Below are positions 57,801 to 64,000 of a stretch of DNA of 64,000 nucleotides, piece after piece. The translations under genes were made by a program, and so were the position numbers. The stretch's first letter is position 1; the number at the start of each line of letters is the position of its first letter. Source of the DNA: a virus; the IMG/VR virus record IMGVR_UViG_3300034980_000576, positions 1-64,000 of that record; one strand, given 5' to 3'. The notes under the pieces were generated by a model. That model saw nothing but the letters and a program-made list of their open reading frames with translations, was not told the DNA's origin and ran no database searches.

Positions 57801-60016
57801 AAAGAGCTACCGGCTCCTTTGGAGGGAGCGTCCTCACCACAAACAACTATGCTCTTGTGATTACTGGCTCTGTCGCCGCGGCTTCCGAACAAACAACGGG
57901 ATACCATGGCGGAGAGATCTGGGATCGAAGAATACCCTTCGAAGCCATTGTTGATCCAAACAGACACCTCCCGGGACATCAATATTATTCGATGGAAAGT
58001 CACCCCTCCATGAGTCTAGGCGCCACTTTCAGCACGTACGAAAATGCGTACGCATTCCTGCAAGAAGGGGGAGACGATATATACTCACTCATGGCTTCAA
58101 ACTTCTTTGGACAATCGACGGCTTTTTTCTTAAAGAATTCAGACTTAACAAAACTTAAATCAAAAACAGTTACGGATGATTTGAAATTTAGACCAAATGA
58201 AGTATATGTATCACGAATTAAGCTTCGGCGTTCCGTCAATGGAACGCGCACCTACGACTGGGAATATGACGCTTCCAGCCAACCAGCATCGGTTGGCGGC
58301 ACTCCGGTATCCTCCATCGCCAACGCAAGCAGTGCGTGGGCAACATTCGGAGCAAAAGTCATCTCAAGCGGCTCGGGGTATTCCCTATACGATAGTGTTT
58401 TTCCAGTCCCGCAGGATCCAAAGAGGAATCCATATTTCCATGAAACCTTTACAATGTATTCTCGTCCAACTGCATTCGGCCCCTCCTGCGCTGGACGCCC
58501 ATCGGGCTCCCGCGCCGTTAGTGGTGCCTTTGAGCACGCTTCCTTTGATAGCTTTGAGGGGTATAATTCCGCCTTTACTCCACCATATACCAATGGCGAA
58601 GCCTGGGTTGACTTAATTTTCCGCCCCTCTGCTAGTATTAGTTACGATCTTGAGAGGATCCTGGCAGAAACTAAGGCAGTTAGTTGGCGATTTGATGCAG
58701 GCTATAGAGTCCTTCCCCCCACCGCTCTCACTGCTTCTGAACCAGCAATGCCGGCACTTATTCCGGTTGAAAAACAAGTCCACAATGGCGGCTCAACAAT
58801 AACCCCAGGCAGCGATAAAACAACCCCCTCGATCTATGATGGATATAGAATCAACGTCAACTCAATGCAAGCTACATCTAGTCTAGACATTTTTGGAGTT
58901 GAGCGTGTTTTGGAACAGAAGACAGGGAAGTTCGATACCATCGGAGAGTCAACTAACAAATCTGTCGGCAAAAAATGGGTAATCTCTCCCAAGTGGGAGT
59001 CCCCCATGCTGAACTTTAACGACAAGGGTGTTCATCCAATTAGCACCGCTGCCGGCACCTTAACGCTGCCAGTATACGCTTCAGCCTCTGTCTCTCGGGG
59101 CATGTGGCATCAATTCGGTGTAATACCAAACGATCAGAACACAGGTGTATTCATGGAGATCGACACTATTCCAGAAGAATGGATTAAGAATCATTATGAT
59201 GTAACAATCAACCCAAGTGCTTACAACAACAATAATCCCGGTGATAATCATGATTCCAGAGGACTCTATAAACGCGTGAAGTCTTTAGCAACGTTGTGTG
59301 GATTTGATAAGACTAACTCTTCGAAGCGATTAGGTGAACTTAAAGAAAAGATGACGGTCAAAGAAGCTGTCGTTGCGGTACCATACGTGATCGATGCCTT
59401 GGATGAGTTCGAATTGGCACAGGTTCCCGCATCGTCTCCGCAAAAGAGACAGCGCAAAAGATTTGTAACAATTCCACAGGCACGCTTCGATGCCGCCCTG
59501 AAAGAATTAGAAGGTTCCGCAACTGGCGATTCCATGGCAACTGCCGGCGCCTCAATTAGAAAATTAGCAAAAGCCGTAGAAACATATGTGTTTCCTCCAC
59601 AATTCGATTTTCTTAATAATCCCGATATTTCACCAATGGCGATGTACGTGTTTGAATTCTCTTACGAGTTTGACAAGGATGCATTATCATATATTTGGCA
59701 AAACTTGGCGCCAATAGATTACAAGAAGCTGGAATTCCAAGCAGCATCAATCGCTCACAATTTAGGAAATAATGAAATCTTAAATGAACAAATCTTGATG
59801 AATAAGAATTTACGATGGATGGTTTTCAAAGTCAAACAAAGAGCCACCCAAAATTATTACGAACTTCTCCCCGATCAAGCAGGTGCCTCGACTGATCAGA
59901 TTGATTTTAAAACTGGCAAACTTGGAGAATATAATTTTGGATTCAACTGGCCATATGATTACTTATCTTTTGTAGAGCTAATTAAGATGGACGTTGATAT
60001 ATTACTTAAAAAGTAA
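48839..60016 (+). CDS. 3725-aa virion protein with LamG/concanavalin-like domains (tail/baseplate fibre-like), [S/T]GS-rich
   Basis: 'TVEFWMK', 'WNHYA', 'WTHIAITYD...LYING...DFAIWN', 'LDEFRYW'; 'IFKSKGT' tail-protein-like motif. Confidence 0.8.
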   Translation: MSIKKLFEDANKTDTFVADTSQKDAFEPVESQRNVEQKLRSQARYVPQVDYSDPTNFVKYGSARLYYESAFNRILDYYPYDGSQAEITKFHNNNLDIEEYILDKRYPKSTGYITLAKDGYSVSSIVDGYGVPTTNEYIDLKGGPGTGSAPSLLLQKLLPNPYNDSYKSSNLYSSNIYTDAGLPSDYGKGSRQSNLRANFDDGVTVEFWMKTGSMVPGAITDRQVIFDSWNNNAVSSADYGRLMIELTGTVNDFGGDKNPFVITVQSGANPPRSVGSMKLLGADSLHETMGDWNHYAIRLYNTGSSGKILKTELYVNGFRSDSSSWAPYSLKTKLEVQRTLGSAHSYHIADGQYRYTSSGSLQGWWRFDKSTITTTSPEPDASGNNHTGSISATAHAPATSTSTPSAYVQTTGSNVWGGDATDAVRIGTAATWDAIIGNNTGSATPRMPRTTEMMTFAAWVYKTGDGGGSPGKGRIFDFGNQDIALYSNTSEALLFNTKWNGNNIVQWTSATGVFSLNTWTHIAITYDARSAENRPKLYINGTLTAMPLSTGTQTGAYYGIAGQECVIGNNAAGNRNWAGNLADFAIWNSILDAEEIQTLYYAGQYTQAFDGITELNSKNMIARIGALVTSPVSSSAPAGAGRLSGSLDEFRYWKAARTPKQIGEYWFDQVRGGANSDIANADLGVYYKFNEGITTNTAIDSIVLDYAGRAVNGVWTGYSTTSRNTGSAIVSASAAAFEFEDPIIRSTHPSVVSLKSELITSGTSYDYNNNASLMSLMPGWIQDEAADSDNSDLYYINHIAGTYFDKIHLQISQLPALRHINYVSSSHKPLPFSKHLPQSLGLYAPEMFIESDVLETFADRDSTTLFENKLDETKNLIYQNLYNNLAHIFKSKGTERAMRSVLRCFNVDNGLYNVSINSNNEEYVLRNNLKHSLLRKNFLNFANLENTTGVVYQRKTGSSTAEQGSIRGHSIYVHPDWMQAKYGFTCESNIIFPAYVSDYTTFVRDSNFNRVHLFGLEQVENRNAASITGSDTTYTPGREASFRVYAVRESIGSRNVYFHLTSSRTDGLGISLTSSVFLNVYDNEPWNLSIRVEPQNLLQAGVINRGTSTPLYNVIFAGFNPKTANEIDSFKVSASVSDTVGQQFITGSRRLLVGADRTNITGDLNYRSDVQVASLTYWTKALHDDDLKTHAVDFENIGISGSLQTISPFESGSVDSINRYALALNWNFENVTGSGAGGDFIAQDYSSGSAALINGDFGWNGKLAGYRYPGFAMHFPTSSTGVTTKKEINTYKFINPEQVVASDLVQTFSDEDILYPNLRKEEIVPNYVFSIEKSIYNAVTEQMLDFFAGAIDFHSLIGDPVHTYRGRYKELEKLRGIFFERVKSVSNVEKFLSYYKWFDESITTILSQLVPASSEFVDNLLNVVESHVLERNKYQNRVNIIDSNTFWLETDMTSAPTTAGITVGGGAGALVSPPASPRPTNKGVQYWQTRAERDIAEISSGDATIDAQRDTFRNVIWSRPHVSGALPRLFTDAGTAYLPGSFARNNSSMLPNIRAQIDNTNNQIYKWERPSITQNEIKGGTNFNKGKSLEYAYSAVYPGGPVNTDDGVFVPQNVLIGFVGEAIELTNYENISWPEDLVRTRQKTFKVQHGREWEDGIGYKNTKSEFAFPFNVLSSSVEVRSGYNKEVVDQVGRNIEITNLHNDAYGDLLEVPMQGPFTEELVGGHQSRHVPLNTGTDTPYNRPEAWRLLLGTCNILPSGAIGLVGPDYPPVDFNPSPGTNPDLVYPYPNYEKAYLYRDFVAKSPVNIKNIKAVNSTNTNTVMGNYIRKYEIVYSFGAYNNPRAFVETQPTLPSQLSLVNYTTNVRTILDIHRGEQDHFEFVGDYSTSYLTGATNKSIITTRFSAPGGIEAETRGYQDFKAAEYSPYNVLTYRNLSVKKPSQGPSGTLSEPPGGTPSTSRVYDIHGLDYGLNSHRARYAARFGRDSLHVTSSGNLPGASYDQLPAMFKTNRNPKESNTIIYSFTQSSIPDTGLINDKTIDIDTGGTGIIAVIQDATKRTERVFDATYALSNENSVMFTYGCWIKPDAGGMKLFELGFAGTSAKPIHQLQKQSGGELRYTFDTTDGAGNFTSGYYQTSGTPITGSLWKQAMITVSGAHGVLPSTGPTVKFYVNGVEYASTYSGATGRAYFPTSSQNVSNFRGYGAALTKPVAFFGRIDSISGYEYTGQADEMSLHNTVLSAADVDVLYNSGYPQNLTQSAIAGSSSLLSWWRMGDSPSDDMSGEGLNAISPLSASGGNVIIDVKNSANIHFTAQSGNLLKAETGSASSLPGQPPSTYSEEYISGYGSKKEYDNYNIQHQIPRSDRQYMWISNSVVDVSNIRYAGYQYTNAGINNPDNFQREPYRTSSAGLTPYWDFVSSSNASTGSFYQPTNRLNIVINDPVDFTNNTIGTTTIEDYMNYDLIDSSSTAGTRLPNYLNQLLASRGSNYGWGWNRTRQADNRIILNQKATNTLRMVTDRARMLSASYRLPPLSMKGRTALVNYDQKSALGRDVNISLRISNTNNNIFFPELDLNNYAAINYNAVYNPLQKVLSVVRKGSTGTPLNWVLYSQNIFPSIRNEFVSSSSKRLNFDNGYWRASNAERITLGNTEENSFGVNLSQSSWVLDVAENFLTRSAVVTASTGDNRFYNLRQTKAGELQNTYYKYFTVPPNFTRISAVYARTHELDTMASVVSPQGPVVPQTGSGGKSGSAGSGHFQRGSASFETAALLNQPFGGEAVWEAGSQAGTVTKTAAGLTFTSAPSEPWFGTYDLFNENIKLKAKGFSVVPEYRMSEHVSNYYKYGYMNKTVSDMFEIPGTIFDSSTGSFYKDFSNTDFLEGFLGVKAQTLLSASEIRISCTGAIKYNPYEGFYPAQRTQQLVAQFSSSFMNYFGVKEYGAAPWFPSSVGSSYFNSKVAGIMKNLTDCVFSPGILYNSIKSGIAVDYPVIHDASKRATGSFGGSVLTTNNYALVITGSVAAASEQTTGYHGGEIWDRRIPFEAIVDPNRHLPGHQYYSMESHPSMSLGATFSTYENAYAFLQEGGDDIYSLMASNFFGQSTAFFLKNSDLTKLKSKTVTDDLKFRPNEVYVSRIKLRRSVNGTRTYDWEYDASSQPASVGGTPVSSIANASSAWATFGAKVISSGSGYSLYDSVFPVPQDPKRNPYFHETFTMYSRPTAFGPSCAGRPSGSRAVSGAFEHASFDSFEGYNSAFTPPYTNGEAWVDLIFRPSASISYDLERILAETKAVSWRFDAGYRVLPPTALTASEPAMPALIPVEKQVHNGGSTITPGSDKTTPSIYDGYRINVNSMQATSSLDIFGVERVLEQKTGKFDTIGESTNKSVGKKWVISPKWESPMLNFNDKGVHPISTAAGTLTLPVYASASVSRGMWHQFGVIPNDQNTGVFMEIDTIPEEWIKNHYDVTINPSAYNNNNPGDNHDSRGLYKRVKSLATLCGFDKTNSSKRLGELKEKMTVKEAVVAVPYVIDALDEFELAQVPASSPQKRQRKRFVTIPQARFDAALKELEGSATGDSMATAGASIRKLAKAVETYVFPPQFDFLNNPDISPMAMYVFEFSYEFDKDALSYIWQNLAPIDYKKLEFQAASIAHNLGNNEILNEQILMNKNLRWMVFKVKQRATQNYYELLPDQAGASTDQIDFKTGKLGEYNFGFNWPYDYLSFVELIKMDVDILLKK

Positions 60017-60031
60017 CCAATTTAGATAGAT

Positions 60032-61129
60032 ATGGCAAAATTTCTCGACAAAAAAGAACAGGTAATTGATTTTCAGTTGACACCATATGGGGTGCAGAGG
60101 CTGTCTGTTGGCAAGTTAAAGCCTGAGTATTATGCATTTTTTGATGATGGAGTGCTGTATGATTCGCAATACGCTGGTTTCTCTGAAGATCAGAACGCGA
60201 TAAATCCTCGAATAAAAGAAGAAACCCAATATTTAGAGGGAATCCTTCGTTTCGAAGAGATAGAAACCTCCGCGCCACCCCCTCTCTATCTGGAGGCGAC
60301 AGAAGGAGACTCCACAATTCTCAGATCTGATATTGATATATCCCCAGCAAAAACAAAATTAAATGCTAATAAATATTCTTTTGGAACCGCCATAGGATCT
60401 GCAAAATTTGAAGGAAAGAACACACAAGCTGCACCAGCATGGAAAGTAGTTACATGTCAAGGTGAAATTCAATCTTCAACTGCAATTGATGAAGCAAAAT
60501 ATAACTTGACGCCAGCTAGTTCTGACACAGAAGCTACTGAATTTAATATTCCACAAATTAATGTTACTCTAAAGTATACTAAATTAGTTGAACCGCCCTC
60601 TACTTATGCTGGCAGAGATACTGTTGGCGATATGATTAGCGAAACGCCAGCTTTTGCTGATGGAAACGTTATAAAATTGATTAGAAATGATTTGGTTATA
60701 TATGTTGAAGAACAAAACACCGCGTTGCTGGCTGAAAATTTTGATATAGAAGTATTTGAAGTGACGCGAACTACCGTCGAGGACTCATCAATCACCCAAC
60801 TTGAGAAAAAATACTTTGAGAGAGAGGTGAACCAGATAGTAGACGGACTGATGGTTAGCCCCACACCCCACAATAAAAAAGAGACAAAGTTAACAACTGC
60901 CGCGGTAGAATATTATTTTGATGTCTTAAAAGATAAACAAATAAATGATAAAATAGCATGTCAATGCGCAAGTTCTTTTAATAGAGGCTCTTATTATATT
61001 GATATAGATTATGATTGCGACAGCAAAGAAATAGAGGAAGTTTACTATGATATCTATGGCAGCGTTACGGTACCCGAAATATGCGAACCATACCCCACGG
61101 ATCCGACAGATTGCGAGGATGATGAATAA
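60032..61129 (+). CDS. virion-module hypothetical protein
   Basis: 'LTPYG..L..GKL...YYAFFDDGVLYD'; in the structural string. Confidence 0.7.
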   Translation: MAKFLDKKEQVIDFQLTPYGVQRLSVGKLKPEYYAFFDDGVLYDSQYAGFSEDQNAINPRIKEETQYLEGILRFEEIETSAPPPLYLEATEGDSTILRSDIDISPAKTKLNANKYSFGTAIGSAKFEGKNTQAAPAWKVVTCQGEIQSSTAIDEAKYNLTPASSDTEATEFNIPQINVTLKYTKLVEPPSTYAGRDTVGDMISETPAFADGNVIKLIRNDLVIYVEEQNTALLAENFDIEVFEVTRTTVEDSSITQLEKKYFEREVNQIVDGLMVSPTPHNKKETKLTTAAVEYYFDVLKDKQINDKIACQCASSFNRGSYYIDIDYDCDSKEIEEVYYDIYGSVTVPEICEPYPTDPTDCEDDE

Positions 61130-64000
61130 TGGGCTCTGATCTATCACCGTTGTTTCCGTCTTTTGGTAAAGTGTTGGGGAAAAATCTCCCGACACCGGTG
61201 TTCCGTTCTATCGAGATAGGAACCCAACCCGTCGGCGAAGAGTACGCCGTCCACGACTTAGCTATAAGTGCCAATTTAACCATAAGCCTAACGAAGCCCG
61301 ACAACGACAAGATGAACATAACAGAATTGTTGGAAAACTATTTTAACGATTTATATTTGTATGTTTATTTTAGCCCATTTGAAAATGTCAATACCACGTT
61401 GGAGGAGAAAAGATTAAATTTAAGAGATCTTTTCGACGCTTATAGCGATAAAGACGTAACGGCACATAATTTTGTCGGCCCTGGATATGGAAGTACCGGA
61501 GGGGCGTCGGATTTTCCAACCTCTATATATGAATATGTTATAGAATTTCAAAAAACTTCATTTTTAGAGAAAATGTTTCCGTCATATTTTGAACCGATGA
61601 CAAAAACATCAGACGCCGAAGATACAATTTTGGGATATACGATCGATCAGGCAAGGAATTTATTAGAAAATCCAACCCAGGACGCCATCTCCGGCATTGG
61701 CGTGAATCCCATATATCGATTGTTTTGGGGATACAAGGGGCCCGCTGGCAGATGGATCGCGGACACCGATATCGGCACCACCGCACTCACCGGCAATTTT
61801 GGCGGTGCCGGCGGCTGGCTAGAGAGTGAAGGTAGAGGTAACCCGCCATCAGACCGCAGTTGGATGCGCCACACTTTGGAGTGGACTCTCACCTTTTTGA
61901 GCCGCGGCGGATATGAGGGAGGAAACAGTTCATGGCGCCATAAGATACGCTTATCTGATTTTGCTTCTACTGACAATGACTATGGCGCTATAATAAATGA
62001 AAATCAAGAATACGACAAAGAAGGCAATGCAATATTTAAGATAAGCAATATTAACACCAAAACTTTTCTAAATACGGCGCACGCATCCACCGGCGACGAA
62101 TTTGGCTCAGTGACGTCTCGCTTGAACGTACTAGAAAAAGTATTTTCTATTGCTTTCGTTGGGCTTGATATCGAAAAAATCGGTACTACTACCGGTCCGG
62201 ACGACTCGCGAAGCGATTCGTATGGGTGGGGAGTTCCCTATCTCGATGCCGACACCTATACTATGGAATTCGGCGGCACCCCCGGCGTTTATGATATGTT
62301 ACCCCGCCGTTCCTTATTCAACACTTATTTCGGAAATATAGTTTATGAACATGTCTTAGAAAAAGGAAAAGTAGTCGAAAAACCAACAGAGGCATTCTAT
62401 AGAGTTTCAGATGAAACTCAGTACGACGATGTCCCAATACAAGCATTGAATTCAAGGTACTATGTGAACGAACCGGTTAGTAGAATCACTATAGAAAAAG
62501 AAATGAAAAAATTAATAGACTCTTTCGAACTGTGGCGCCCCAGCAATGAATCGTTAGACTCAAATATAAAAAATTTGGAACATATCTTAGAAACCACCAA
62601 AGAATCTCCAAACATTTTTATGAAATTTAGAGATTACATGCGAACTTATAGCGACAAATCTCCCATCAATCATGCAGGCAAATTTTACAGCGAGTTTAGA
62701 TCTTTGTCAACACAATTAGTCAAATCTGTTATGACACAGGATAGAGTCACTAAAAAGGTTTTCAAGAACACGGTAGTATATGATGCTCGGTCCACTTTTA
62801 GTACCGGCGGAGTTATCTCGACGGAATATGTTGCACCATATATATATACTGAACAGGAGGGTTTCAAGGCAGGACGAGAAGACAATCCATTTGGAGATTA
62901 TATTCCCACCGATTGGGCGCGATATACCAGCAACGTAGTTTTCAAAAGGGGCGCCGGCGCTGGCTTCTGGGGTGCTGCCGCAGATAAGGAAGATTCAGAG
63001 TGGTTTAACATTTATTATCTTTTTATAGCGGGCTTGAAGGGCCCCATAGATCACACAGTCGGTGGCCCCGGGGATCCGACACCACCAGCAATCGAGGCGC
63101 TCCTAAGCGCGCATGATGTATCCTTGTTAAAACCATGGCAAGACGCCTGGGCTGCCGAGCCGCCCACCGTCACCGAACCAGAAATTCTCGCCGAAGCTGT
63201 GCGCCTAACAGATAATTATTTTAGATATAACAGCGAGTATGAAATACTAGGGATACACGACTACGCCGGCGGCGGAGGAGGCTGGTCCGCATCCGCAGAT
63301 CATCAGGGAAATAGGGTGGTTATCAATGACGGATGGTTTTTCTTCGACTGGGAAAAGGCGCTACATACTTATTCTGCCTTGGCTCATTTTGCAAGTCCGT
63401 CTGCAATACAGAGATTCCTGGGATATAGAATACCATATGAGAACTTCCCTGTGCTGACGGCTGCAGTAACTCGCCGCGGCGTCAACAATAATACTGAAGA
63501 AGCCGGCCATTTTATTGAATGTCGCATGGGTTCTGAATACAACGATTATAGGGGGGGCACCGCCAGCAGCAAATATCCCTACAGTGCATATAGTATAGCC
63601 TCTCATACTGAGGATTCTGATAAGTTTGCTATTGGTTCAATGCTCTATCATAGTCCAGGCGGCGCCGCCGCAAGAGACTCAGAACCCACAATTCAAACTG
63701 AATCCTATTTAAAATTCGTGAATTTTGATGTTGTTAATCGCGATATTTATACTGGTTTGAAAACATTGCGAAATTTTGCTCCATGGACACCTGAATATCC
63801 ATATGCTCCAATAGAACTAGGTTCCCGTGTTGGTGGTGATTATCGTTTAATGGCATATCAATTTAGAGATATAATGGATGATGACGTCGCCTATTATAAT
63901 GCGATCGCCGGAAACATTCCGGACGACGAAGATACAACCGCCGAGTCTAACGCCAAGAGTGCCCTCGAATCGATCAACACTGAAGGCGTACCATTCGGAC
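61129..64000 (+). CDS. 3'-truncated large protein (>957 aa; MGSDLSPLFPSFGKVLGKNLPTP...), not in ORF track
   Basis: ATG 61129 overlaps upstream TAA; no in-frame stop seen to the window end. Confidence 0.8.
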   Translation, partial: MGSDLSPLFPSFGKVLGKNLPTPVFRSIEIGTQPVGEEYAVHDLAISANLTISLTKPDNDKMNITELLENYFNDLYLYVYFSPFENVNTTLEEKRLNLRDLFDAYSDKDVTAHNFVGPGYGSTGGASDFPTSIYEYVIEFQKTSFLEKMFPSYFEPMTKTSDAEDTILGYTIDQARNLLENPTQDAISGIGVNPIYRLFWGYKGPAGRWIADTDIGTTALTGNFGGAGGWLESEGRGNPPSDRSWMRHTLEWTLTFLSRGGYEGGNSSWRHKIRLSDFASTDNDYGAIINENQEYDKEGNAIFKISNINTKTFLNTAHASTGDEFGSVTSRLNVLEKVFSIAFVGLDIEKIGTTTGPDDSRSDSYGWGVPYLDADTYTMEFGGTPGVYDMLPRRSLFNTYFGNIVYEHVLEKGKVVEKPTEAFYRVSDETQYDDVPIQALNSRYYVNEPVSRITIEKEMKKLIDSFELWRPSNESLDSNIKNLEHILETTKESPNIFMKFRDYMRTYSDKSPINHAGKFYSEFRSLSTQLVKSVMTQDRVTKKVFKNTVVYDARSTFSTGGVISTEYVAPYIYTEQEGFKAGREDNPFGDYIPTDWARYTSNVVFKRGAGAGFWGAAADKEDSEWFNIYYLFIAGLKGPIDHTVGGPGDPTPPAIEALLSAHDVSLLKPWQDAWAAEPPTVTEPEILAEAVRLTDNYFRYNSEYEILGIHDYAGGGGGWSASADHQGNRVVINDGWFFFDWEKALHTYSALAHFASPSAIQRFLGYRIPYENFPVLTAAVTRRGVNNNTEEAGHFIECRMGSEYNDYRGGTASSKYPYSAYSIASHTEDSDKFAIGSMLYHSPGGAAARDSEPTIQTESYLKFVNFDVVNRDIYTGLKTLRNFAPWTPEYPYAPIELGSRVGGDYRLMAYQFRDIMDDDVAYYNAIAGNIPDDEDTTAESNAKSALESINTEGVPFG

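Noticed and set aside
37941-64000. Inteins, introns or diversity-generating retroelement in the giant ORFs
   Set aside because: No intein splice motifs, homing endonuclease, reverse transcriptase or TR/VR pair seen
1-64000. Stop-codon reassignment as in some jumbo phages
   Set aside because: Standard code gives full-length abutting genes; TAA, TAG and TGA all end genes; no suppressor tRNA

Overview
This window is a 64-kb piece of a large, probably jumbo, lytic myovirus-like phage genome. Essentially all genes are on the + strand and densely packed, and they read in the standard genetic code. (1) 1-16.2 kb: small hypothetical genes and acidic proteins, several sharing a 'L-x-E-x-W-R-x-Y/F-x-x-E' peptide (candidate capsid-targeting signal). 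Also here: a CglF/GltF-like gliding-motility protein pointing to a myxobacterial or related host, a HAD phosphatase, a ligase-like/cytidylyltransferase fusion, a Fis-like HTH protein, a TlpA-like lipoprotein, a tmRNA, two intact tRNAs (Asn, Gly), a damaged tRNA-Asn and a PIN-PhoH. (2) 16.2-34.3 kb: a Cas4-like nuclease and then a ~17-kb glycan cluster with three GT4 glycosyltransferases, two NeuB, NeuA, two SDRs, an isomerase, a cupin, sialyltransferase-like domains, three 2OG-Fe(II) dioxygenases, two methyltransferases, a pyruvyltransferase, a HAD phosphatase and a sulfotransferase. (3) 34.6-64 kb: a gp55-like late sigma factor, an M15 peptidase/gp5-like pair, baseplate genes (gp25-like, gp6/J-like) and giant virion proteins of 2377, 3725 and >957 aa. 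The best candidate for a new system is virion glycosylation with a phage-made nonulosonic acid: two neighbouring virion proteins are strongly enriched in a [S/T]-G-S tripeptide that I could not find in the 2377-aa protein. All calls are from motif recognition by eye; no searches were run.
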